Positions 1 through 12,960 of a stretch of 64,000 nt of DNA are shown here, one piece after another. Where the stretch lies: contig NC_043001.1 in assembly GCF_006345805.1 (NCBI RefSeq), positions 93,992,001 to 94,056,000 on the forward strand, read 5' to 3'. The DNA is from Octopus sinensis (taxonomy: Eukaryota). Numbering within the stretch: position 1 is the stretch's first letter; every line of letters starts with the position of its first letter. The notes under the pieces were generated by a model. That model searched no databases. It was not told the origin of the DNA and saw only the letters and a program-made list of their open reading frames with translations. Position numbers and translations under genes: made by a program.

Positions 1-1017
1 TATTGCTACTGCATATAGCAGATAACAACCAGTTTATATATTGATTTCTTACACTGAGAGATATAAGGGATGTCACGTGAAGGCCTCGGATTTATAGTGA
101 GAATGAAACAAAACTGCATCAGTAATAAACATGTGTCAAGGACATTAGCAAGTTAAATGAAGATAAAGAACTCCAACCAAGGATTGAAATCAAGAAAGCG
201 TGATCTTGAATGATCTACAATAGCAACGTAATATATAGATAATACATGGATTCCCTTTTTATTGTATCATCTAATTCCGTTCTTCACTGGTTTCAGTTCA
301 AGCTTAACTAGCGTGGACAGTTTCCTCTTTGGTTTCTTTGACATATAATCTAGCTGGCATCGATGAAAGGAATATTAATTCCCATCACTCAAGTAACAAT
401 TTGCCACACCGATAAAAATCTACAAATCTTATGATTGGCACTAATTAATTGAACCCAACCAACATATTATTCTTGTGTAAATATAAGGATCGCAGATTTT
501 TAGTTGGGGAAGAACAAGGGTATGTATGTATGTATTCCATTTCTTTTTGTTTTTAGTTATATTAGAGTCGTTAGTGAACGGAAATGTTTTTAACATGCAA
601 TTGAAACAAGCTACATTGAGGTATTTTATCTCTATCTACCAATTGTAATATTCTCACGACATTATGATAAAAATCATTGCGGTTCTTGTAAATGTAAATC
701 AGCGTTTCCCCCAAATATCCTAACCAGTGGGTCTTTGGTTATAAAATCGAACACGTTCTTCACAATAAACATTAACCATAACATAGTTGATATAACGAGA
801 ATAGTAACTGAAACAAATCATGGCCGTTTTCGTATGGAGAAGCAAACGTTTGAAGAAAAATGTGAAAAGGAAAGAAATAATGAAAGGGTGGCAATACAAG
901 ATTAATAAACATTATACAAATGACTCCACTGGCCTAAAACTTTATATAATGACACAGATGTGCTGTCAAAGGATTAAATATAAACTAAGTTTTCCTTTAT
1001 GAATGCTTCCTTCTCTG

Positions 1018-1350
1018 AGACCCCCTTCGGTCACAACACAGATCATGGGATTGCACCTAGAAAGTAACTCTCCCAGGCACAATTCCGGGCAAGGTTGCTT
1101 ACGGAAGACCAGCAGTCACCCATAAATACCGGCTTCCACTCTCCACCCCACCAGTGTTATCCAAGGGAAAGGAAATGACCGATACAGCTTGGCACCTGTG
1201 ACATCGCAACTCGTTTCTACAGCTGAGTGAACTGGAGCAACGTGAAATAAAGTGTCTTGCTCAAGAACACAACATGCAGCCCGGTCTGGGATTTGAGCTC
1301 ACAACCTCACGATCGTAAGCTCGACGCTCTAACCACTGAGCAATGCTTCC
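1018..1350 (-). mobile_element. tRNA-headed SINE (family C type)
   Basis: Minus strand shows an A-box/B-box-like head followed by 'gtgttcttgagcaagacactttatttcacgttgctccagttcactcagct', which recurs at ~30480-30540 and ~56535-56585. Boundaries approximate. Confidence 0.75.
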
Positions 1351-2218
1351 ATAACGATAGTTAAATAATCTCAGCCGTATTTGTGACAATACCTAACGTT
1401 TTGGTAATTATGATTCCGTGAAGAACCTGTAATGTCGTAAGAATAATGAAATAACCATGTGGAGTCTCTGTTGTTAACTTTTGGTAGACATCGACCGGCG
1501 TTGGCCTTTATTGGCCCATGTCACATCTAAGTTAACAACGCTACGTGGAATAGTATTTCAAATCATGTCTTAGAACATCATAGGTCACTTTAATACGGAG
1601 ATTTTCTTAACCGAAATGCATCCAGCTGTCGTTTAGTTCAATATTACTTGCATGAACTTGTTCAAGTACCGTTTGAATGTTTTGTAGTTCTTCTTTTATA
1701 TCAACCCGGATACTGCCGAATAAAGCAGGACCACTTGAGTTAAAGGAAAAAGCTGTGTCGCAATATTGTTATATAATATAAGGTCGATATTGGATAGGAA
1801 ATATAGCTCAAAGTTATACAGTTCTGTCACGAATTTCCCACCCATTTGTGATGTCAATGCACATCAGAATCAACAGCCTGATGTAAAAGCGTTCAGGTTT
1901 CTCACAAGTTTTCACTATTTCAATAAATTACGATTTGGGAGCCCATACACGGTCGGTTGGCACACAGGAATAATCAATGAAATCTTCCTGATATCACACT
2001 TGTTATTCTTCATTATTACCGTGCCTTGTTATATTGCAAATCGCTCTGTTCCAATTGCAAATAAGTTTCTGTTACAGAATATTGCTCACCACTCTCCTAA
2101 CCCTTCTAAATTTCTGGAAAAAATCGAAGTGAATGGATCCCCACGGGCCATGGTATTGCGTAGCCTATTTCAAAATGTAAATAATGGGAGAGATAATTCT
2201 ATATCAATATTTGAAGGG

Positions 2219-2447
2219 GGCGAGCTGGCAGAAACGTTAGCACGACGGGCGAAATGTGTAGCCGTTTTTAGACTGCCGCTACGTTCTGAGTTCAAATTCC
2301 GCCGAGGTCGACTTTGCCTTTCATCCTTTCGGGGTCTTTTAAATAAGTACCAGTTACGCACAGGGGTCGATATAATCGACTTAATCCGTTTGTCTGTCCT
2401 TGTTTGTCCCCTCTGTGTTTAGCCCCTTGTGGGTAGTAAAGAAATAA
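2219..2447 (+). mobile_element. tRNA-headed SINE family A
   Basis: 'ggcgagctggcagaaacgttagc...gagttcaaattccgccgaggtcgactttgcc...agccccttgtgggtagtaaagaaata'; A/B-box-like motifs; more than 10 related copies in the window. Confidence 0.85.
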
Positions 2448-3381
2448 ATATTTGAATGATACTCTACATTATCGACACCAGAAAATAAAAAAGGAAAATT
2501 ATTGTTGCTAGGATTGGAACTCTGAGCTCAGAAACCGAAACGAATATCGTAAAATATTCTAACCATCAATTTAATGTTTGGCGGTGCGTCACCCCAATAT
2601 CACACGCAAAGGTCTTTAAAATGGCCGGGTAATATACAATTGGTAATGTATTCTGAGATAGGCTAATAAAAGACAAAGAAACAGACAAACAAATCAGACG
2701 GTGTTTTCAGGGCTGGATTGCTTTTGATCTCAGTTACGTTCGATCAGGTCTAATCAGGATTCTAAACAACGAAAAGGTTCATTATGACGACGCATTTTGT
2801 TGATTGATAGCCACTTTGGGGAGAAGATATTCATTAAAGTCAAAAGCACCACAATAAATACAATTTGATGGCTAATTATACAATACCACGACCGGTCTTG
2901 TATGATGTTACTCTTTAAGTTGGCAATGAACTGTTGCTATTTGTTGTTGCTATTCAGCCTTAGGTCACATCTGCAAAAGCAGAATTATGATCAAAGGCTT
3001 TGCAGCTATGACGATTCTGCTATTTTATAGTTGTGAGCAGGACTACGTTATTTAATACGTCCTTTGTTTAAGACAGCAAGGTGTGTGATTTAAGGAGAAA
3101 TATAGCTGCTATTTTTAGCATGTCAATCGATCAGAGTGAGCTACACACGTTGGCTCGCTGTTGCCCAACAGATATCCTTTATTATGCTTGGCAAAACTAC
3201 AGAAGAATCCGTTTGCTGAAATGGTTTATTAAAGATTTCTGGATTTATTGTAAACACTCCTCCAGCGCACAGATCAAATCGAAGGAATAACTAAAAAGAA
3301 GATAGCCCTGCCAACTTTATTTTCCTCTATGCACTCCCTACATAACTGTAAAATGAAAAAAAAAAACTCACTGTTATTGAA

Positions 3382-3383
<2 letters not shown>

Positions 3384-3418
<35 letters not shown>

Positions 3419-3421
3419 TAA

Positions 3422-3475
<54 letters not shown>

Positions 3476-3476
3476 G
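3384..3476. repeat. (TTA)n microsatellite abutting the 3' end of an R4/Dong-type element
   Basis: Near-pure TTA run seen directly. Confidence 0.95.
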
Positions 3477-3477
3477 T

Positions 3478-4032
3478 AAGACTCTCGGATAGTTCTTAAT
3501 TACGGGTTTTTCTTTACTTAAAAGCAGGCAACAACAAGTTACCAAAGGTTTTAAGTATTGCCTTCTCCTCTGACCTAAAGAGGCATTAATCTCTTTAGAA
3601 TGCGAGATCTACTTCTGGATCACCTCGAACCTGACAACTGCTCCAATATTCCTTGGAAACGGCTCTTAATGCCCCGATTACTACCGGTATCACCATTGCT
3701 ATCGTCATGGTCTATAACTTTTCTATCTCATCCCGCAATAGCTAGGTTTCTCAATCTTTTCTGTTTCCTTACATTTCACCCTCGAATCGCTTAGTATTGC
3801 AACATCTGTTATCTTTATCATTTTTATGGGTGAGCACGATATTTGGTTATCTTGGTCGCAGTATATCTTAAAATCCCAGACAATTTTGCACTGTTCGTTT
3901 TCCATTACTCCCTCTGTCTTGTGTTCATAGCATTGTTCTCGAGGTTTGCATTACCGCACAACAGCCAGTGGACGTATCTGGCCACATTGTCACGTCTCCT
4001 TTTATATTCGCGTTGTGTTATTGTCGTTGCGG
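3478..4032 (-). mobile_element. 5'-truncated R4/Dong-type (RLE-clade) non-LTR retrotransposon, C-terminal zinc-knuckle/endonuclease region, decayed
   Basis: Minus-strand translation across frameshifts: TQREYKRRRDNVARYVHWLLC ... ENEQCKIVWDF ... ITDVAILSDSRVKCKETEKIEK ... LRDEIEKL*TM..VIPVVIGALRAV. These match the RHD..A...HW, WDF, D.A...D....KE.EK and VIPVVIGALG motifs of R4/Dong ORFs. Confidence 0.85.
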
Positions 4033-4034
4033 TT

Positions 4035-4093
<59 letters not shown>

Positions 4094-4103
4094 CATTATT
4101 ATT

Positions 4104-4155
<52 letters not shown>
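4033..4155. repeat. (CTT)n + (TTA)n compound microsatellite
   Basis: Seen directly. Confidence 0.95.
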
Positions 4156-4471
4156 GCAGTAGTAGTATTAGGGGCAGCAGCAGCAGCAGTTGCTGTAGTA
4201 GTAGCTGTTGTTGCTGCTTAGCACTATATCAAGTCAGAGGTAGTAAGACGATTAACAAAGATTAATTTCTAGCTACTGACATCCTGTCTTTCCTCCATCC
4301 CTTTTCATTTCACATAAAGGCATTTCTTATAAATGTCAAGGATTGTTGACTGCTATTTCAGACATTTCATTCTGCCGTGTTTATGTTCTTACTGTTGTTG
4401 TCGTTTTAGCTGCTATTGTTGTTGCTGTTGTCTCGTTAACAGCTCGTATCAGATAACGCCTACGATCAAAA

Positions 4472-4747
4472 CGTACATAGGACTATATTATAATGTGTCC
4501 TTCAGCAGAGATATGTGGTTTAATAATATCTCGGTTGTTATTTCTAGCAGATTGACCATCACAATATTTCTTCCTCGCTCAATAACAAAACGGTGAAAAT
4601 TAATATGGCGTACATAGGACTATATTATAATGTGTCCTTCAGCAGAGATATGTGGTTTAATAATATCTCGGTTGTTATTTCTAGCAGATAGACCATCACA
4701 ATATTTCTTCCTCGCTCAATAACAAAACGGTGAAAATTAATATGGCG
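4472..4747. repeat. 137-bp direct tandem duplication
   Basis: 'tacataggactatattataatgtg...aattaatatggcg' starts at 4474 and at 4611; copies nearly identical. Confidence 0.95.
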
Positions 4748-5242
4748 TAGCACATCTTGTTATACTGCAGAATGGAAAACATTTAAGCGTAATTGTTGAA
4801 GGCTATGTTTGTGATTAATGAGTTAATATTCATATTTATTGATTAAGGTTATTGGTTTTCATATTATCGTGAAGCACCTGTGACTAAAGCATGACGTCAT
4901 CACATTCCTTATCGTGACATGCAATATAGTTATCAGCTATATCTTTAAATATAAACATGCATCACCATCATAATACCACAGCCACCAGCATCTCACCTTC
5001 GATATCGTCACTTGTACATAGGTACATAAACACACATACACACACACACACGCACGCACACACACACACAAACACGCACACACGCGGCACACACACAGAG
5101 GCACACATACATACACAGTCAGAAAGAGAAAGGAACACATATATGAGTTTGCTGGTGAGTGTATACATACATACATACATACATACATATATTTATACAC
5201 ACACACACACACATATATTTATATATATAAACAAATTGGATG

Positions 5243-5575
5243 AGCAATGGCCTAGTGGTTAGGGCAGCGAACTCGCGGTCGTAGGATCGCAGTTTCGATT
5301 CTCAGGCCGGGCACTGTGAGTGTTTATTGAGCGAAAACACATAAAGCTCCACGACCCTCCGGCAGGGAGTGGTGGTGAACCCTGCTGTACTCTTTCACTA
5401 CAACTTCTCTCGCTCTTTCTTCCCGTTTCTATTGTACCTGTATTTCAAAGTGCCAGCCTTGTCACAGTCTGTGTCACGTTGAATCTCACCGAGTACTACG
5501 TTAAGGGTACCTTAAGGGCTGTTCCGTTGATAGGATCAACTGGAACCCACGCTGTCATAACTGACGAAGTTCCAC
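5243..5575 (+). mobile_element. tRNA-headed SINE (family C type)
   Basis: Head 'tggcctagtggttagggcagc...gtttcgattc' (A/B boxes). Body matches the reverse complement of ~26050-26215; tail matches the reverse complement of ~30290-30450. Confidence 0.8.
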
Positions 5576-5819
5576 GAATATATCCATATACATTTGTGTC
5601 TGTCTGTATGTATGTATACTTCTTGGGTTACGAATTCCTGAAACTACTTTTACGCAACTTAAAACTGATCGTCAAGGAACAGCATTACTGAGTATGCAAA
5701 AACATTCTTCAAATATAAGCATCTTGACAGAAAGACGGGTATACGGAAGGACAGAATGCCATAGCGGTAGAGGTGCATTCGTGTGTGGCGGTCGTTGCTG
5801 TAGGATACGGATATAGTAA

Positions 5820-6324
5820 TGGCATTGATGATAATGTTGATGATAATGAGGAGGGGAAGAGGAGGAGGGGAAGAGGAGGAGGGGAAGAGGTGGGGATGAT
5901 GGTGATGAGGAGGAGGTGATGATTATGTTGATGAGGTTGATGATGAGGAAGAAGAATAGGTGATGATGTTGATGACGATGATGATGATGAGGAAGAGGAA
6001 GAGGTGATGATGATGGTGATGACGTTGATGATGAGGAAGAAGAATAGGTGATGATGTTGATGACGATGATGATGTTGAGGAAGAAGAATAGGTGATGATG
6101 ATGGTGATGAGGAGAAGGTGATGATGATGATGATGACGTCGATGATGATGATGATGATGTGGAGGAAGGGGTGATGATGATGATGGTGATGAGAAGGAAG
6201 TGATGATGACGAGGAGGAGGAGAAGGAAGAGGAAGGTTGGAAGCAGAAGATGTAATGATGATAATGATGTTGATGATGACGATGACGATGCAGATGATGG
6301 GGAAGAGGAAGAAGTGAGGATAAC

Positions 6325-6360
<36 letters not shown>

Positions 6361-6509
6361 ATGATGATGATGATGATGATGTTGATGATTAGCAGGAGGA
6401 GGTGATGATAAGGCTGTTGATGATCATGATGACGATAACAATGATGAAAATTATAATGGTAATAATGATGATTACGAAGATGATGGAAAGGATGGAGATA
6501 ACGATGATA

Positions 6510-6543
<34 letters not shown>

Positions 6544-6972
6544 CAAGGACGATTTGGGTGAAAATATTGTCGGTAGTTGTGATGCCGTGTTGCGGTGGAG
6601 TGGGAATAACCGGTGATGGCCATGAGGTGGAGATAATGTTAGTACAACTTACAATGGTGGCACTGGCGGTTAATGGCGTCGATGGTGACTATAAAGAGAT
6701 GGCTGTATGCGAAGAAGGAAAACGGAAAGAAGGTGCTTAAGAAGGAGATGGAGCGGTTGTGATGCAGATGAATGCGATAAAGGCGACGACGATAATTGTG
6801 ATAATTGACGATGATGATGATAATGATGACGATGACGACGACGACGATGATGATGATGATGATGATGATTATGATGATTATGATTATTATTATTATTATT
6901 ATTATGACTATGATGATGATGATTATGATGATGATTATGATAGTGATGATGATTATGGTGATGATGATGATA

Positions 6973-7007
<35 letters not shown>

Positions 7008-7260
7008 AATGATTATGATGATGATGACGATGACAAAGGCGATGATAACGATAATTGTGACAGTGATTATAGTGATAACGATGACGATGTTGATGTGGAT
7101 GATATTGATGGTGATGATGGTGGTGATGATGATGATGATGATAGCCATTATGATGATGATGATCACTATAATAATGATGGCGGTAACGACGACGATGATG
7201 ATGATACAAACAACGATGCTCTTACTGCTGCTGATGCTGAGGGAAATCATAGTAGGTATG
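5820..7260. repeat. ~1.4-kb compound (GAT)n/(GAG)n/(GAC)n/(TAT)n trinucleotide low-complexity tract
   Basis: Seen directly; includes a repeated ~45-bp sub-unit 'gatgaggaagaagaataggtgatgatgttgatgacgatgatgatg' around 5940-6110. Confidence 0.95.
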
Positions 7261-7904
7261 GTGGACGAGATGGGGGAGTGTTTGGGATGAGTTTAATTGT
7301 GAAGAGGTGATGGTGTCGTTGTGGAAGAAAGTGAAGAGATGATTTGTCGGTTGATGATTTCACTGATAAAGGATGAGAAATCGAGGAAAATGATCACAAA
7401 GTGTAAAATGGTCCCAGGGTGGTAGTGGGTGGTGTAAGGCAGAATATCGACCAGGGTATCACTCAACATATTCCAGCGCACGCATTACAAAAAAAAAAAA
7501 AGAGAAAAATACATGCTTACACGCAAGCATACATACAGGAACATTAATAGGCTTACCTTTATATACACATGCGCATACACACAATTATACTCGCAAGCAA
7601 GCATGCATGCATAAATTCCTTATTGAGCAATTGGACATAAATATACGCACAGGCATACATGCATGGCTGCTGACATATATATATATATATATGTATATGT
7701 GTGTATGTGTGTGTGTTTGTGCGCGCGCGTGTGTGCGTGCGTGTGTGTGTGTGTATACGTATATCAATACATACACTTGCAAACATGCATTATACCAAAA
7801 TCACTATCTACACACATATCTGGTTGTCACTTGTGTATCATTGAATCTATCAATCAATCCGCCTACGTAACTTTCTGTTTAACTGCCTATCAATCAGTCA
7901 ACCA

Positions 7905-8095
7905 ATCAATCACTCGCTCTATGTATATATGTATGTATCTATCTATCTATCCCTCTATGTATCTATCCATTTTTCTATCTATCTATCTATCTATCTATAT
8001 ATCTATCTATCTATCTATCTATCTATCCATCCATTCATCCGTCCGTCCGTCCATCCATCCATCCGTCTATCTGTCTCTGTCTGTCTGTCTGTCTG

Positions 8096-8190
<95 letters not shown>
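7905..8190. repeat. Compound (CTAT)n/(CCAT)n/(CTGT)n/(CT)n/(AT)n microsatellite
   Basis: Seen directly. Confidence 0.95.
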
Positions 8191-8194
<4 letters not shown>

Positions 8195-8644
8195 CGATCG
8201 ATCTACCATCAACACATTTACCGCTCCTTTGTCAGCATAGATATCTATCCTTGATTGCAACTAACTAACCGTCTGTCTATCTGATAGTTTAATATAACAA
8301 TCTATTTACCTGACTATTTGTTTCCTGAAATTCATCCGACTCAATAAATGAATCTCTCAGTCAGTCCTTCTTAGTACTAATGTACTTACCTATGGCTAAG
8401 AATTGTAATTCTTAGCAGTCAGATTCACTCTGCGTTCCAATCAGTAGTTATAGAATGGACTTTACTGCGCCTACTAGCATCCCGAGAAATACACAATTTA
8501 CAGTCAACGACTTACAAAAATGCTCAGAATGCGTATATACTCATCTTAGTTCAGGTAGAAAGGAAGGCCATTAATTTATCTCCGTATATCACGAGATTTC
8601 GATCACTTAAAATATCTGTCATCATGATCTGGGAGAACGCAATA

Positions 8645-9400
8645 TTTACTCTGTATAAGGCGGCGAGTTGGCAGGATCGTTAGCACGCCGGGCGAAAAGC
8701 TCAGCGGTATTTCGTCTGCCGTTACGTTCTGAGTTCAAATTCTGCTGAGGTCGACTTTGCCTTTCATCCTTTCGGGGTCGACTAAATAAACACCATTTAC
8801 GCGCTGCGGTTGATGTAATCAACTTAATTCCTTTGTCACTCCTTGTTTGTCTCCTCTATGTTTAGCTCCCTGTTGGCAATAACGAAATAAATATTTACTT
8901 TGTATAAGTCTGCAAGCTGGCTAGAAGGCTAGCACGCCGGGCGAAATGTTTAGCAGTATTTCGTCTGTCGCTACATTCTGAGTTCAAATTCCGCCGAGAT
9001 CGACTTTGCTTTCATCCTTTTTGGGTAGATTCAATAAGTACCAGTTGCGCACTGGGGTCGATGTAATCAACATAATTCCTTTGTGTGTCCTTGTTTGTCC
9101 CCTCTATGTTTAGCTCTCTTAGAGCAATAAAGAAATAAATATTTACTCTGAGTAAGGCGGCGAGATGGCAAGAACGTTAGCACGCCGGGCAAAAATGCTT
9201 AGCGGCATTTCGTCTGTCGCTACGTTCTGAGTTCAAATTCCGCCGAGGTCGACTTTGCCATTCATCCTTTCCGGGTACATTCAATAAGTACCAGTTGCGC
9301 ACTGGTGTCAATCTAATCAACTTAATTCCTTTGTGTGTCCTTGTTTGTCCCCTCTGTGTTTAGCCGCCTGTGGGCAATAACGAAATATATATTTACTCTG
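8645..9400 (+). mobile_element. Three head-to-tail SINE family A copies (~248-bp period)
   Basis: Spacer 'atatttactctgtat' (with variants) recurs near 8643, 8891, 9140 and 9388, with a SINE A body between successive spacers. Confidence 0.85.
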
Positions 9401-9527
9401 TATGGGAATACTGAATATTATTTTTCCTCTGTTGGCAACTGTATAGACTACATTAATAAGTTGCTGGGCCTTAGTAACAATGGTATCAGTATCGTACAGT
9501 ATGTAATTATGATATATTTGATGTTAG

Positions 9528-9649
9528 CATTGTTTCAAAGTTTCGCAGAGAATTTACTGAAATACTGCCGGAATTTCAAATGAAGACAGAGTTTCTCCGA
9601 ACTGTTGAGTCACAGCTGGCTTCTGTGCAGCAGAAACTAAAATATATGA
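9528..9649 (+). CDS. Candidate internal coding exon of an unidentified gene
   Basis: AG|c acceptor at 9526-9527, GTGCGT donor at 9650, and 40 open codons with helical/coiled-coil-like composition: IVSKFRREFTEILPEFQMKTEFLRTVESQLASVQQKLKYM. Not a recognised repeat; protein not recognised. Confidence 0.3.
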
Positions 9650-10034
9650 GTGCGTGTAGTTTTCTTTTACGCGTGAACTGAACGTAGAATAAAAAAGTAA
9701 ATAAAAATAAAAGTTGTATAGATAGGTAGATACGCATATGGACGAACATACAGAGATAAACAGAAAGACAGATAAACAGATAGCTATAGATATTGATACT
9801 GATATGGAAAAGAGAACATGATATCAATATTTTTAGCTGTTCCCCAGCACCTATTCAATTTCATAAGAGTACTGAAAATAATTGTCTATATGTAATACGC
9901 ATAAATCTTTACCCCAATATAATTGGATACCTCTGTCATAATTCTCGCTGTTGTGCAAAACACAGGTAAGGTACTGTTTGTGTAAGTTTCTTTCTTTATA
10001 AATATATATTTATATGTATGTGCATATATATATA

Positions 10035-10325
10035 CAAACAAATTTTACTTTACCACACACCGAACTTTTAGAAATAGCAGCCAAAGAATTTAGCTATTTC
10101 CTCTACTATAAGAAGAGTCTCCCAAACAATGTATACTCAAAAACAATTCTCGTAGGTATAGAGGGAAAAATAACGAAAGATCACACGTACATCGATTACT
10201 TGAGAACGCCGTTTCTGGGTTAGTTAGATATAGAGATGCTAGAAATACATACCTATATCAACATTCCTGTCAACAGCCCAAGATTTCGTTAGTGGTAAAG
10301 TAAATTTTTTTGCTGAACCCTAATT
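10035..10325. mobile_element. Non-autonomous TIR element (MITE-like) in TA-rich context
   Basis: Left end 'aaattttactttaccacacaccgaa' is the inverted complement of right end 'ttcgttagtggtaaagtaaatttt'. A related copy ('...tagaaatagcagcc...tagctatttcctctact') lies in opposite orientation at ~49050-49195. Confidence 0.55.
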
Positions 10326-10334
10326 ATATAACTA

Positions 10335-10879
10335 TATATATATATATATATTATTTTTTTTTTCCTTTATATTTTCTTTGTTACAGTCATTAAATAGGGC
10401 ACGGTTTTGAAGAATTTTTGGTCAAATGAATGGTGACTAATACTTGATTTTTAAAGCGTGGTATTTATTCTATCTGTATTATTTGCCGAATTGCTAGGTT
10501 ACGGAGGAGTGAACACACCAACACTATTTGTCAAGCGGCGGTACATATATGAGACGGGATTCTCTCAGTTTCTGTCTATAAAATCTATTCACACAACTTT
10601 GGCCATCCCGAGGTTAAAGGAGAAGAAAATTGCCTAAAGTACCACACAGTGGGATTGAATCCAGTAAAATGTTTTTGGGAAGCAAGGTCCTTACCACCCA
10701 GCTGATTCTACGCTTATATATACATGGATTTATATATATATGTGTGTGTATATATGGATATGCATATATGTATATACATATATATACATACATATACATA
10801 CATACACACATACATATATACATATATACATACACACATACATATATACATATACATACATACACACATACATATATAC

Positions 10880-10924
<45 letters not shown>

Positions 10925-11460
10925 TCCTTTATATTTTCTTTGTTACAGTCATTAAATAGGGCACGGTTTTGAAGAATTTTTGGTCAAATGAATGGTGACT
11001 AATACTTGATTTTTAAAGCGTGGTATTTATTCTATCTGTATTATTTGCCGAATTGCTAGGTTACGGAGGAGTGAACACACCAACACTATTTGTCAAGCGG
11101 CGGTACATATATGAGACGGGATTCTCTCAGTTTCTGTCTATAAAATCTATTCACACAACTTTGGCCATCCCGAGGTTAAAGGAGAAGAAAATTGCCTAAA
11201 GTACCACACAGTGGGATTGAATCCAGTAAAATGTTTTTGGGAAGCAAGGTCCTTACCACCCAGCTGATTCTACGCTTATATATACATGGATTTATATATA
11301 TATGTGTGTGTATATATGGATATGCATATATGTATATACATATATATACATACATATACATACATACACACATACATATATACATATATACATACACACA
11401 TACATATATACATATACATACATACACACATACATATATACATATATACATATATATATA
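10335..11460. repeat. 562-bp direct tandem duplication containing a minus-strand SINE B-like element plus (TA/CA) microsatellite
   Basis: Identical text at 10381 and 10943; the same spurious ORF starts at 10630 and 11192 (offset 562). Confidence 0.95.
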
Positions 11461-11544
11461 CACACACATATACGGTTGTGTTCATTTCCGTATAAATGTG
11501 TAAGTATGCGAACAATTTATAAATATATCATTTTTTTTGCATGT

Positions 11545-11591
<47 letters not shown>

Positions 11592-12766
11592 CGTCGATAT
11601 CTATGTATATAAGTGTGCACACATGTAAAACCATATAATATAGATTTTAGTAGAAATACAGGTATATATGCATTTATAGAATTTATCCATGTATACGCGT
11701 GAATATCCTTACATGCGTCTAAGTAGAGATATGAGATAATAGATACACACACAGACAAATCTAATTGCATATACGTGTGTTTGTGTGTATCAGTGTGTCC
11801 CTATGTTTATTTGTATGAAATATTTATGTGTATCTGTATGATTGTGTGAATGTGCAGACAATTGTTTGGGTCAATGTATATGTGTACATATATCTTTCTT
11901 CACCGATATATACATTTATCATTCAGAATTCTATTTCCACAATAGGAACCAAGTTATTCAACCGTCTATAATTTATTACTTATTTCGTTGACAGCTATAC
12001 TCCATTTAAACAATAGATTATCTGGGAGTACATCTCACCATTACTCTGCACCACTAGCTCATCCACACCCTTATGTGGAATATATTGGAATTTTAAAATA
12101 CCTGCAATTGTTATGTATCCCATATGCTGATTTTATTAAATTTATTAGAATCGCTACTGCAGCTCTTTAACTAAACACTTCTACTCGTATTAACATCCAT
12201 CAAATTATTTTAGTTTTATTTAAATAATGCATTATATTCATTCATACTCTTGTCTTTACGCTTGACTCATGTATTTGTGTATTTATTTATGAATTTATTT
12301 TATGCTGTTCAGTTTTATTGAGAGAAAACAGCATTTGCTACCCTGCATGGCTTATAGAGTTTATCTGCTTTCCAGTAAACCTTTTGCTGTTAATGTGATC
12401 CACACAAAATTATCATCTGTTCCTTGAAGAGGCGGACTTGTGAGACTCGTGTATTCACTGAATTTATACATCACTGAAAGTATATACACGCACACTCGCA
12501 CTCAAGCACAAAACACACACGCACATACACACATACGCACTCATACGCACACACATACACACGCATACACAGAATCATAGTTTGAGCTTTCTATGAAGAC
12601 TACACAGTAGAAACTCCTATATAACTAAGAAGTATTCAGCGCGATCTTTCAGTCTAATATTTGACTTGTTAGATACTATCACAATTTTGAAATGTCACGT
12701 GAATGTATTTTTATGTGTGTGTGTGTGTGTGTGCGCGCGTGGGCATGAATGCGCGCCAGATGTTCA

Positions 12767-12771
12767 TAATA

Positions 12772-12813
<42 letters not shown>

Positions 12814-12818
12814 AATAT

Positions 12819-12849
<31 letters not shown>

Positions 12850-12910
12850 AATATTAATAATAATAATAATGAATAATAATAATGATGATGATGATGATAA
12901 TAATAATAAC

Positions 12911-12958
<48 letters not shown>
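12767..12958. repeat. (AAT)n/(GAT)n microsatellite
   Basis: Seen directly. Confidence 0.95.

Positions 12959-12960
<2 letters not shown>

Noticed and set aside
1766-2422. 218-aa plus-strand ORF
   Set aside because: Non-ATG start, C-terminal third is a SINE translation, and no recognisable motif.
5709-7310. Long ORFs (poly-His, poly-Asp, poly-Ile/Met, up to 304 aa)
   Set aside because: Read-through of (GAT)n-type microsatellite; open in several frames on both strands; no domain content.
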